A stretch of 18,639 nucleotides of DNA from Ascoidea asiatica JCM 7603 (GCA_001600695.1 BCKQ01000027.1:3378-22016); one strand, 5' to 3'; shown: positions 1 to 10,461, numbered from the stretch's first letter. Program-made: numbers and translations. The notes: generated from the sequence alone by a model not told the origin.

Positions 1-1
1 T

Positions 2-538
2 TCGTTTTCAGATTCTGATACTTCAGGAAAGCAGAACTGGAGTAAAAATAATGATGTTATGGACGTATGGGAGAGTACAGATACTTTAGAGTTAAATAAG
101 GTTAACAAAAATTTCTCAAAGGAAATCAGTTCAGCACATTTTCGTCAACAAACAAAAGTTGCTGGGAAACCTGTTACATCATCAAAACATTGGTTACAAA
201 AAGGTATCCTAATTTATCTGGCTTGCAGGCGTCAAGTACCAAATTTTTTTCCAGAGTTAATAAGCTTATGGATGAGGGCAATATTTGTGTAACCTCGTTT
301 ATCGGAAGAAGATTTTCATAATTTTGAAAAACCAGTTAACTTATATTTTGGTAGAAAAAACTTCCACTTGATAGTACGAATCGTAAAGGATCTTCCCTTT
401 TACTACTACCGAATTCGAAAAAAATTTCAACCAGGAAATCAATTTTTTGATGGAATATCAAATGAGGTTGAGGTTGATTATAAAAAAGTAGTTGATTTAT
501 GGGATGATTTTATAGAGAATTTTGTTTTTAAAAACTAA
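2..538 (+). pseudogene. 3' part of an unknown ORF, open from the window edge, with one in-frame TAA
   Basis: The frame of the 59..292 ORF is open from position 2. Past TAA 290-292 it continues as PRLSEEDFHNFEKPVNLYFGRKNF...LWDDFIENFVFKN to TAA 536-538. No recognisable family motif. Confidence 0.35.
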
Positions 539-781
539 GAAAAGACTATCTTCAAGTGGTGTTACTTATCTAGAACCTGAAAGATCTTTTCATTTGAAGT
601 TCACACAAGTTTAACAGAAAGTGCTAATTATCTTTTTTTTTTTTTTTTATGATCACCATTAATGGATTTTTAATTGTTGCAAATTATAATTTTAATAATC
701 ATATACAAAGTGATAATGTTAACTGGAAAGGTTTTAAAATGCTATTTATCAATTTTGATTATAATCATTTACCAATTACTT

Positions 782-1664
782 TCAACCAGTATCAGTTTTA
801 AATGTATCTTGATCAGTTAAACGAGGGTTGAAAGCATTGGCACTTTTACCATTAAGTTTTCTAACCACTGATTCTTTGAAATTTTCGGTTTCAAATCCTT
901 CTGAAATTATTTTGCCAATTGCATTTCCAATTACTTCCTCATGTTTATTTTCAATTTCCTGATTGTGTTTTACCTCCATTTCTCTATTATTTTTTTGTTC
1001 TAATTCTTCAAACTGATTAGAAGAAGATTCATCCGTTATAACAAAGGGTCTCATCATGATTAACATTGTTTCGTCATAATAGCATGGAATAAGGTATAAT
1101 GCCAGGAACCCTAAAACAAGAGCTAATTGTGTGTTTTTTAATTATTCAAGAATGCTAGTATTACTAAATATACCATTAAACAGAAATTAATTATTTGTGA
1201 GGTTAAAAGAGGAAATGGTACATAAAAAATTTCATTGGTAAACCTTATTAGTAGTGGCCCCATTTGCAGATGGAAGGTACCATTTCCTCTATGTTAAGTT
1301 GTCTGAAACTGATAATATTTGAAATTGAATTATTATCAACAAGCTTATACACAAACCCACCAAACCATTGGGTAGATAAAGAATAAACATTTATAAATAA
1401 CAAACTTTCAAAGGCTGAAAGTGCGTCTTTAAATTGATATTGATCTAAAAAAGTTAAGACTGGAATCCAAGGTATAATCAATAGAAATGGTACCCGAGCT
1501 AAACTGCCAGCTCCAAATAATGGGGTAAAAGTATTTCTAAAGGTAGTAAAGCTTCTACTTGGTGAAAGAAGCAGAGGAACCACCCTTATAGCAATTACAC
1601 TGATTAAGGAAACTGCACTTAATATGAAACATTTTGAATGGAGTTCATTGATTTCCTATGTCAT
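782..1664 (-). pseudogene. Disrupted gene for a multi-pass membrane protein with a charged C-terminal tail
   Basis: ATG at 1664 (AAAATG context) is in frame with ORF 1248..1583 through TAG 1656-1658. Hydrophobic segments continue across frameshifts (FILSAVSLISVIAIRVVPLLL; VPFLLIIPWIPVLTFL; IINFCLMVYLVILAFL; LALVLGFLALYLIPCYY). The last runs in frame into the 94-aa ORF 782..1066. Confidence 0.45.
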
Positions 1665-1988
1665 TTTAATGTTAGTTTTTATTGTCTACTAGCTTGGAAA
1701 ACAATGTATAAAAATTAAACTTACAATCATTTCTAGAATAATATTCTTTAGCATATTTAGAAATTTTAACTTTTTTTTCTGGTGGAATAATTGTAATAAC
1801 AACCCATGAATTCATTGAAAAAAATTTAAAATAAACTAAAAGTATTAAAGGAAAAAATTGATAAAAAGAGATATAAAATTCAAATCAAATTTCAAAATAT
1901 TTAGTTTATTGTTAAAATACACTTAAGCGCCAACCACAATATTTAGCGCCCAATCACTAAATCTAAAAACAATATTTTGAATGTCTTT

Positions 1989-2213
1989 AATAAGAAATAT
2001 AAGTATATTTTGTCTTACTAACTATAAAAGTGGTAAGAAGATGACTAAGTTTTATCTTTGCAGATAGACAACTTACATAGTTACCTAAAACATAAAGCGA
2101 GCATGTTTTAGGTGATCAGGTGACTCTTCAAACAGATGTCACATGTTATAAAGATCACATGGTTAGACAAACTTCATTAGCCACACAAAGGCTTGTTTAG
2201 CCTAATTTAATTT
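1989..2213 (-). repeat. 3' LTR core of the copia element
   Basis: 225-bp ungapped match to 6902-7126 (offset 4913) with 11 mismatches, about 95% identity. Confidence 0.9.
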
Positions 2214-2899
2214 ACCTCCATAAACAGGAATTTTTGGTGGATGATGACAGTTAAGGAGAGTGAGCTTTTAAACATAAAGTAGTCGTGCCTTACTCAATGA
2301 GCTTCACCTCCATATTCTAATAAGGAATATATCATGGAGTAAGGATTGTTAAAACAAGAAATCCTGCAAAGAATAAAACAATAGAAAATCTTTCTTTACC
2401 AGTAACTAACAACTGAGGAGAAAGAAGCAAAAAACAGAAAGAACAATTGAAAGAAAAACGAGAAAGATTAAAATAAATATAGGCAGGAAAAAAACACATA
2501 CTTGAGATTGAATCGAAACGCACCTCCATAAGCCGGGAACATTAAAAATGTTTTTAAAATTTAGTAGAAGAGAAGCAAATCAAAAGAGGGTGATAAGCAA
2601 AAGAAGAGCAGCATAAATAAGCCCAAATAAAATAAGTTCAAAATCAGAACATTGATAGACAAGAAAATAAAATTGTAGTTGGATATATCTGATGGTAATA
2701 AAATTAACTTAATTTATAAAAGTATTTTATTGGAAATTTAAATTATTTATAAAGCATTAAAATAATTTATCAAAACAGTCTTATTTCAAACTTGAGTAGC
2801 AAATTGAAAGTTTGATTCAAATTAAGAGAAAATTATAATAAACATGTATCAATTCTAGAAGACAATTATCAAGAACTTATCTAATTAGGTATATAAATA

Positions 2900-4400
2900 T
2901 TAAATTTCACTAATTTTAACTGGTGGTTCAGAAACTATAAATTGAGCTAAATGATGGAAGGTTGCGTGAGTGGGATATTTTGTATCAATATCAGCAATAT
3001 TAATTAAAGGGTTAGCATATTCAACCTTTTGTTCTTTTTTTTAGATTCTATCAGAAACTAAGAAAAACTGTTGCTCGGTATGCGCTTTTGATTTAAGTTT
3101 CCCATTAGCAGTTGCCCAGTAAATAGCACCTTTATTGTCAACAAAAATTGTAGTAGGAAAAAATGAGTAATTTTTTTATAATAGGTAATTGGAAACTCGA
3201 GTTCAAATTTGATTTTTTGCTAAAACTGTTAATTGGGTCCTCTGAATATGTGAAAGCATCAAGTCTTCAGAGGAACCACGGAAGGTATCTGGTGTTGTTA
3301 GACCTATATTCAAGAGCTTGCAGTTCTGAATCTGAGGAAGATTGAGGAGGCACAGCTTGAAAATTAGACCCCCAGTTCAAAGGTATTTTACCATACATTG
3401 TAACAGTTTCGATTACAGATTGAGGACCAGCAGCCTCATGGGCATCAGAGAAGGTAATTTATTAATTTTTGTTAGATCCATGAAAGTCCAAGAGCAATGT
3501 GATTAAGTTTCTTATATATTTAAGGATATGTAAAGCAAATTTGTAATCAGATTCATTAAAATTGTCCATATGTATGGTTAAAATGTGATCAGATTGGGTT
3601 ATGTTTGGTCAACAAAATCTAGATAAATGAATTAAACTTTCAACTATTTGGGCATAAGGAAATCTTTTCATTTTTTTAAAATTTTTATCTTTTGCAGGAA
3701 TGATTTTAAGTGTTTTAAATGAGTCATTATATGGTAGATTGATATTATCTTTGATAGTATTGATTAAGAAAGTATCTATTAATTGATGAGAATAATTTTC
3801 TTGATTTAAGAATATATAACCCTTGTCTTTGTTGTAATCAATTTGTAGTCGAAGAAAATTTTTTATTTCACCTAATAATTGGATATTGAACAATTGTTTA
3901 AAATCAGTTTTAGTAATTTCCATTGCTTTCATTGCAGAAGCAGTAAAGATAATGTCCTCAACATAGACAGCAACTATTATTAGACCAAAGATAGAAGATT
4001 TATAGAATATACAGGAAACCTTTTCATCTTGAGTATAGAATTTGGATTCGAACTGGTCCTTTAATTGTAGATACCATTCTCTTGGTGCTTGATGAAGGCC
4101 ATAGAAACTTCCAGTTATTTTGTATATATACTTAGGATATTGTTTGTTAATAAACCCTTTGGGTTGATGAACATAAAGTGTTTCTTTAATTTTACCTCTC
4201 CGAGAGGCTGAAGGAACATCTCCAGTTTCAATAAACCAATTTTTTTGAGCACATATTGTAATTATTGTGAGAAAAATCTCATTAGGACACACAGGTGCAT
4301 AAGTCTCACCGAAGCCTCGTCCAGGTTTTTGACGATGACCTTGAATCACCCATCTTGCTTTTGGTTAATTAATTTGTGATTTTCAGCATTTCTAGATTTT
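2900..4400 (-). pseudogene. pol: Copia-type reverse transcriptase and RNase H, disrupted
   Basis: RT motifs: KARWVIQG, ETYAPV, GDVPSA, LYVHQPKGF, SFYGLHQAPREWY, VYVEDII (YVDD changed to YVED), FLNQENY, PYAQIVESLIHLSRFC*PNI. RNase H motifs: TFSDAH, PLNWGSNFQ..SSSDSEL, PTTIFVDNKGAI, VEYANPLINIADIDTK, ending at TAA 2900-2902. Several in-frame stops (e.g. TGA 3609-3611) and frameshifts near 4360 and 3175. Confidence 0.93.
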
Positions 4401-4452
4401 AATAATTGAGGACGAATTAAATTGGATTCAACAATAAACTTGAAATTATCAT

Positions 4453-5532
4453 TTAATGATAAAGAGACAAATTTATCTTTATATCTGTTATAATTATCTG
4501 AATTAATGCTTCTAATATAGATTCCCATAAAATATTTAGCAATGACTTTACAAACATTTTTATCGAAAAGCTTTTTGTTAATTTGATATAATTATCTTGA
4601 TGTTTGATTAATTCTTGGTGGTCAGATGAAAGGATTTCAATAAAAGATTTTCTAATTTTCTGCCATAGTAGATTAGCACTTTTCAGAACTTCATTTATTA
4701 ATTTGAAGTTAATGATAGAACCTAATTGATTTAAAGGGTCTTCAAGGGCAAATTTTTTCTCTTGAAGTTTCATGATTAAAACTTGAACTTTAACTTTTGA
4801 AAACTCAATATCATAGAACACTTGTTGTTGAGTAGAGAAATCTAGATTTTCTTGAATATTATTATTCAAGAATTGTTTAATGATAGCTTCATTTTGAGGT
4901 GAAATATCGGTTTGTAAAAGAAAGACACCAGAACGATCTTTAGTGATGAATTGAAAAGATACAAGGAGAGAGAAGACTCTGTCTACAAAGGTATCAAGAT
5001 GATCAGAATTTTGGACTGGAGAATTAATGACTTCAAAACAAAGATTTGCAATTGGATTATCTTCTTTATTGGAATTTTCATTGTCTGAAGTAATATCATT
5101 TGTGATTAATTTAATAGGAGATTTAATAAAAGGTTTAGTAAAAAAATCATTAGGATAAATAAGGAAAATAGAATTATTAGGGTTATTATTTCTTAAAAAT
5201 TGAATTCTTTCAGTTCTATTTTGTCTTTCAATGTCAATGAAAGTTTTCTCTTCTGGTTGAATAGAAAATTGGTAATTCTCGATAATTTTGGCTTGTAAGA
5301 AGACACCTTGATTAATTTCATTTTGATTGATTTCTTCGATAGTAGTAAGTCTAAAAGGGTTTATACGATAGTGAATGAAGGAATTAGAGAAGGGATTTTT
5401 TGAAGAAGCAGGAACGAATTGATTTAATTTTTCAAATTTCAAAATAAATTGAATGTATTCATCGACATCATCATCATTAAGTTTACCAACAAGTGTTTTA
5501 TCAAAGTTACCATCAATAGGAACGTCAGTCAT
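4453..5532 (-). CDS. gag: Gag-like ORF of the copia element (359 aa), probably continuing by frameshift into the 4346..4528 frame
   Basis: First ORF after the PBS and leader. LGSIINFKLINEVLKSANLLWQKIRKSF resembles the copia Gag 'TAKELWDKL' helix. IYIRSINSDNYNRYKDKF in the next frame resembles 'LLxSLPxxY'. No CCHC knuckle seen. Assignment is by position and by eye. Confidence 0.6.
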   Translation of the reverse strand: MTDVPIDGNFDKTLVGKLNDDDVDEYIQFILKFEKLNQFVPASSKNPFSNSFIHYRINPFRLTTIEEINQNEINQGVFLQAKIIENYQFSIQPEEKTFIDIERQNRTERIQFLRNNNPNNSIFLIYPNDFFTKPFIKSPIKLITNDITSDNENSNKEDNPIANLCFEVINSPVQNSDHLDTFVDRVFSLLVSFQFITKDRSGVFLLQTDISPQNEAIIKQFLNNNIQENLDFSTQQQVFYDIEFSKVKVQVLIMKLQEKKFALEDPLNQLGSIINFKLINEVLKSANLLWQKIRKSFIEILSSDHQELIKHQDNYIKLTKSFSIKMFVKSLLNILWESILEALIQIIITDIKINLSLYH

Positions 5533-5599
5533 TTTGTTAAGATAAGTAAATGAGAACTAAGTCTGATTCAAATAGAGACAGAGACCGAGTTAAATTCAA

Positions 5600-6760
5600 A
5601 AATTCTAGGATATTTAATATGATGAACTAATTAAACAAGAAAGTTTTAAGAAATTAGTTCAGAATACTTGAGAGAATCAGATGAGAAAGATAATATTAAG
5701 TTTGTAATAGTTGCATAAGTATTCACTATTTAATAAAGTATTGAATATAAGTTTTTTGAAGTAAAGTGAAAAATTTAAGTTCAGGATTCGAAGTAATAAA
5801 AGATTAAAACAAAGAAATTTCTAAGATATTTATATTGATGAACAAGATAAACAAGAAATTATTTTGAATTTGATATAATTTATTAAAGTAGAAATTGAAT
5901 TGAGAAATATTTGAATGGAATTGTGTTATTAAATAAGATTATTATTTTGGTGGAAATAGTATAATTTGAAATTTAAGTAAGGAAGAATTATGATATGTAA
6001 TAATCTTTGAAACTTGAATTTGGATGATATAAAGTAAAACTAAAATAAGTTTTTAGATATTGGAATCAGATATTAATATAAGTATTATTTATCAGGATGA
6101 AACAAAGAAGTTCTGAAGCTTTTATAAATAAAAAGTTACTTGAATTCAAATGATTCTTTAATTAATGATTTTGTTTAGAAGAAAAATAATTAGTAAGATT
6201 AAATACAAATTGTATAATATTTATATTGATAAACAAAATAAATAAGAATAAGTAAAAATAAAACTAAAATTTTAATAAAGATTCAGATTTTAAACTATTG
6301 AATTTAACTCTTGGATATGAAAATATTTAAGATATCTATTCGAAAGATTAAAAATTCAAAAATATTTATAACGATTAACAGAATAAACAAGAATTAAAAA
6401 CTTTTAAAATATTGATATTTAAAGTAGAATTTAAGAGTAATTGTTGTTATTTAAAATATAAATTTAGCGCCCATTAAAAATTTAATTTTGATGAGGAAAA
6501 TAGAAGATGTATAATATTTAAATTGATAAGTAAAATAATAAAGAACTTGAATTTTTCTAAGAATTAGTATGACCAGAATGTAGTGATTTAATTAGTTGAA
6601 GACGGTTAAATTATAAAAGCTTCTAGTAATAGTTTTTGATTTATGAAAGATTTAAATAAATTAAGCGCTGACAGAAAAATTTAATTTTGGAAAAAATATA
6701 AAGATTCTATAATATTTGAATTGATAAGCAAAATAAACAAGAACTTCAATTTATCTAAAT
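5600..6760. repeat. Degenerate tandem repeats (about 150-215 bp spacing) in the copia 5' leader
   Basis: A motif like ATATTTATATTGATAAACAAAATAAACAAGAA recurs near 5610, 5826, 6217, 6362, 6514 and 6712. The clearest pair starts at AGCGC 6466 and 6664 (198-bp period). Confidence 0.7.
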
Positions 6761-6889
6761 TGAATTTAATTTGTAGTTGATTATTATTATTTAAAGAAAG
6801 GAAGTTGAATTTTAATAAAATTTTGATCAATTATCAGAAAATGTTTAAAAGGAAAAAAATATTAACTTATAAATTTTATTAAGTAAATA

Positions 6890-6901
6890 GGCTCAATAAC
6901 C
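6890..6901 (-). promoter_or_regulatory. Primer-binding site, Ty5/copia type (anticodon arm of initiator tRNA-Met)
   Basis: Minus strand reads GGTTATTGAGCC directly after the 5' LTR core. The Ty5-type PBS is GGTTATGAGCCC, so this copy has one extra T. Confidence 0.7.
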
Positions 6902-7126
6902 AATAAAAAATATAAGGATATTTTGTCTTACTAACTATAAAAGTGGTGAGAAGATGACTAAGTTTTATCTTTGCAGATAGACAACTTAAATAGTTACCTA
7001 AAACATAAACCGAGCATGTTTTAGGTGATCATGTGACTCTTCTAACAGATGTCACATGTTATAAAGATCACATGGTTATACAAACTTCATTAGCCACACA
7101 AAGGCTTCTCTAGCCTCATTTAATTT
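6902..7126 (-). repeat. 5' LTR core of the copia element
   Basis: Matches 1989-2213 and abuts the PBS. A possible outer terminus is the CA at 7139-7140. Confidence 0.9.
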
Positions 7127-7692
7127 CTTTTGACCTTACAATACTGTTGAGGTTTCACTGGTTGTAGAAAGGAGTAGCTACAAAGTCCGAACCAGAGCAA
7201 GCATTCCCTATTTTGTGGGATAGCTAAAATATTTAATATTCTTAGCAATTTAAATTAACTGAGTAATACACTTATTAATAGAATCTTACTAAATCAATAA
7301 AAAAATAAACGTTTCAATTCAATTATCTTCAAAATAAATGGATTTATTCTTTTCTTTTTGGCTTTTTGAATATAATCATTTATTAATATTTTATTGATTT
7401 CTTGACATACTGGAAGTAAAAGATTAAAATTTGAAAGTTCGTTAAATCTTAGAAGTTAAAAGAATTCAATATTATTCTTGAGCAAATTAATCGGAAACCA
7501 TTTCAGATTAAATTATTAAGATTATGATAATTTTTAGTAATTGAGAATATTCTCATTAGTAGTTTTTAATTTTACTTATCAATAATAAAACAATGAAAAA
7601 AAATATGTTTTAGCACTTATATTTTAATTTACTAATAAGTTGGGCCTTTATTTTGACCCTGATTGTTAATCATTTTATTCTTTTATTAGAAT

Positions 7693-8259
7693 TGTCGTCC
7701 GATATTCTAGGCTATTCTTAGAGTTTCTAAGATTGCATGGCCTGTTCTAAGACCACATTCTATTGCGTTATTAAAACTTCCGTGTGCATGTTAAATGTAC
7801 TTGAGCGTTCTTGGACTGCATCATTTATTCTTTCTTCGAAGTTCCATGTGCATCTCGAATGTACTTGAATTTTCTAGTTTGTTTTTAGAATGACGTAGTT
7901 TCTTCTAGTACAGAACTTTATTCTATTTCTGTTTTAAGTACGGGAAGTAAACTTTCACATACAAACTTTACAAATTTATTGTTAAGATGGGTTAGCCGCT
8001 CTTATTTTTTACTAATATAAATAGGGCGGTTACCGCCCTTCTTTTTGATAAAATTTTAAACTATTTTATATTTTAATTAAGTTTATAATTTGATCTGGCT
8101 ATCATTTGGGTAAAAATCAGATATTTCGATCGAACTGCTATCAACTCCGAAGCTTCAGTATTGGATCTATAAACTTGTTTTGTTTCACTCCGTCCTTTAG
8201 TAGCAGCTGTACGAAAATTGTATTATTCTATTGAAACAGGGTCTCTACTTTTGACAACA
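7693..8259 (+). mobile_element. Putative solo LTR of another family
   Basis: Ends TGTCGTC...GACAACA (6/7 inverted match). TTCTAG-rich first half with a 64-bp-period duplication (7778-7804 / 7842-7868) and TATAAATAG at 8016-8024. No TSD seen. Confidence 0.4.
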
Positions 8260-9301
8260 TTTACGCACACTAACAAAAATCTAAAAGCACTGAATGAAAT
8301 TTTAACACAGAAAAATTTAACTTTTAAAAATTATAGATGACCCCGCAACATGCAGGTTTAACAGCTTTGTCTAAATTTGAAGTTAGAATCGATGCTCATT
8401 TACGGAAACGATTCAGACCAAATATTTTTTGTGAGGAAAGTTGATTTGTTTACAAATCACCTAAAGAAAGCTCATTTTCAGAAACAAACTATATTGATGA
8501 TTCTTTACTTGCACAATTTGATTACCGCAAACCCCCAATCTTTGGCATTGCTACCATACATGTTGCAATTTGGAAATTCACCAAATTGTGCAGCACGCAT
8601 ACATACATATTAATTAATATTTCTAGGTAATCTGACCGCTACAAGCCCAATTACATATGTGCATGCAACACAATTGCCGGCAAAAAAATTGAGCAGATTC
8701 TGGAACCGGAATTCCAAGCATATATTCAAAAGTAAAATAATCAAAGCGCTTGTGAATTGCGATAGCCAACGGATCCATTGCTAGGACAATGTGTCCCTAA
8801 CATAGGGACCAGCAGTTCCTAAATATTAGAATTATGGCCCCGTGCCTGATTAACATTATCATTAAGGGCCATTCAACATTTACCCATCACGTGCAAATTT
8901 GGTAGCAGAGTTGTGGGGCAATCATGACATAAGGAAAAAACGAGAAAAAAACTTTTTGCTAGAAAAGCTCAAAACTACACTAATATTTTAAAATGTAAAT
9001 ATAATATTTTATTTCATACCTATAAATTAAGGTTAACCTAAAATTAGAGTACGAAAACCTATATATGTGATTTAAAAAAAACTCATTTTACTATTATATA
9101 AAAAATCTTAAAACCAACTAAAGTAGCATAACTTTTCAGCCCATTAACATATCCAACGTACAAAACATGAACAGCAAACATTAGTTCAAAATCAGTATCA
9201 GTGTTAGTTAATAAACTTATTATTCATCTCAACCATAATAATTTTATACTTATGTTAGTAACTGTGTGAAAACAAAACCCAAATAAAAATGAACTTAAAT
9301 T

Positions 9302-10461
9302 TTAGTTATGATTTCTTGCGGGATTGACAATGGCTTTTCTGACAAACGCAGTTACCATTTTATCACTTTCTATGGCTTGGTTGTTATCATAGATATGCAA
9401 CAATACATGGAACTTCTCGACCACCTCGTTTGCCGCCTCGGACAACAACACCTGCTGCTTGATCTTATCTTTAATGCTATACTAACACGCATTTCACTGC
9501 AAAAGGAACTAATGACTTAAAACTTAGTATTATATTTTAAAAAATATTAAAAGACAATTATATTTTACTTACGTTAATTGTTTTCACTTCCATAAACTTT
9601 TAAATTTAATTAAAAAACAAATAATAAATTAAAACAAATTAACAAACACAAGAATAAAAAAAAACATACGGCTATTTATATTGTTTCCAAATTACAAAAT
9701 GTTGTCAAGAAAACAAGAAAAAAGCACATTTCTCAGGTTGCAAAACTACTTCCAAAGTAAAAGACACGTTTTAAGCAGAGTCAACCGTTCTTCTGCGGAT
9801 TAAGCCAAACCAGTTATCCGTGGCAGTGCAGAATCAAATTGGAATTCGTGATTGGAGCCCCCAATTACCGGTTCTGCTATTTTATGGATGGTTCAGGTGA
9901 GAATGAGGACGTTGGCTATGAATTTGGTTCTAATAGTGACAGAGGCCTAAAAAATATATATGCCGAATTAAACAACCAGCCCTGTAACGTCAGGCATGTC
10001 ACATAACCACGTTTACCCTGAATTGTTGACAGGATAAATTTCAGTTCATGATTCTTCATCAATACACTTATGCCAAAAATTGAAAGAAAAAACGCTAGAT
10101 TGTGGACCCTGATTTTTGACCAACCTGAATCATAAATTGGTATTCTCATGTTTGTGAGACCAATTTTTGATTCTTGGTTTACTGAGAGGATCAAGAGGTT
10201 GAAATATCATATTTGTGATCGGAATCCTTGATCCGCGGAATTATGCACTGGATCCAAAAGTGATTGAACCAGATTATTGATCGTAGTTTTTGATGCAGCA
10301 GGATCAATAAATATTAGTGTAAAATTTATGAACCCGATTTTTGATCCTTTTTCTGTAATAACTTCCTCGTTAATTATATTGTTTGCCTTTGTTCTTATGT
10401 TTGGACTATCGAAGATAGAAGTAATATCCAATTGGGTGCTCTGGAGAAACAACTGAGACAA
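9302..10461 (-). pseudogene. Decayed intron-containing ORF downstream of the transposase, possibly a transposon accessory gene
   Basis: ORFs 10207..10461 and 9916..10194 share a frame. Introns GTATGT...AAG (9669-9597) and GTAAGT...AAG (9572-9516) flank a 24-nt exon (FMEVKTIN). The last exon includes SIKDKIKQQVLLSEAANEVVEKFHVLL...NPARNHN and stops at 9302-9304. Frames do not join cleanly. Confidence 0.45.

Larger units (their letters stand above)
1989..7126 (-). mobile_element. Ty1/copia LTR retrotransposon, internally deleted and non-autonomous
   Basis: Direct repeats at both ends, a PBS next to the right repeat, and copia-type RT and RNase H motifs on the minus strand. Exact TG...CA termini and a target-site duplication were not resolved. 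Confidence 0.9.

Noticed and set aside
2332-2529. 65-aa hydrophobic ORF as a copia env-like gene
   Set aside because: Short, GTG start, and the hydrophobicity follows from T-rich composition. No supporting motif.
3163-3345. 60-aa plus-strand ORF
   Set aside because: Antisense shadow of the copia RNase H.
1977-7145. Target-site duplication around TG 1982 and CA 7140
   Set aside because: The flanks TTGAA and ATACT do not match.
8007-8039. Helitron end, or homology with 16301-16318 through the shared TTTTACTAATATAAATAG
   Set aside because: No CTRR terminus follows the hairpin. The shared 18-mer is very AT-rich and is explained by a TATA box at one site and a branch point/acceptor at the other.
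8338-8900. Possible decayed spliced gene, including ORF 8377..8613
   Set aside because: Several partly open frames and acceptor-like sites, but no consistent model or recognisable motif.
9308-9520. 70-aa plus-strand ORF
   Set aside because: Splice signals and the more protein-like reading are on the minus strand.
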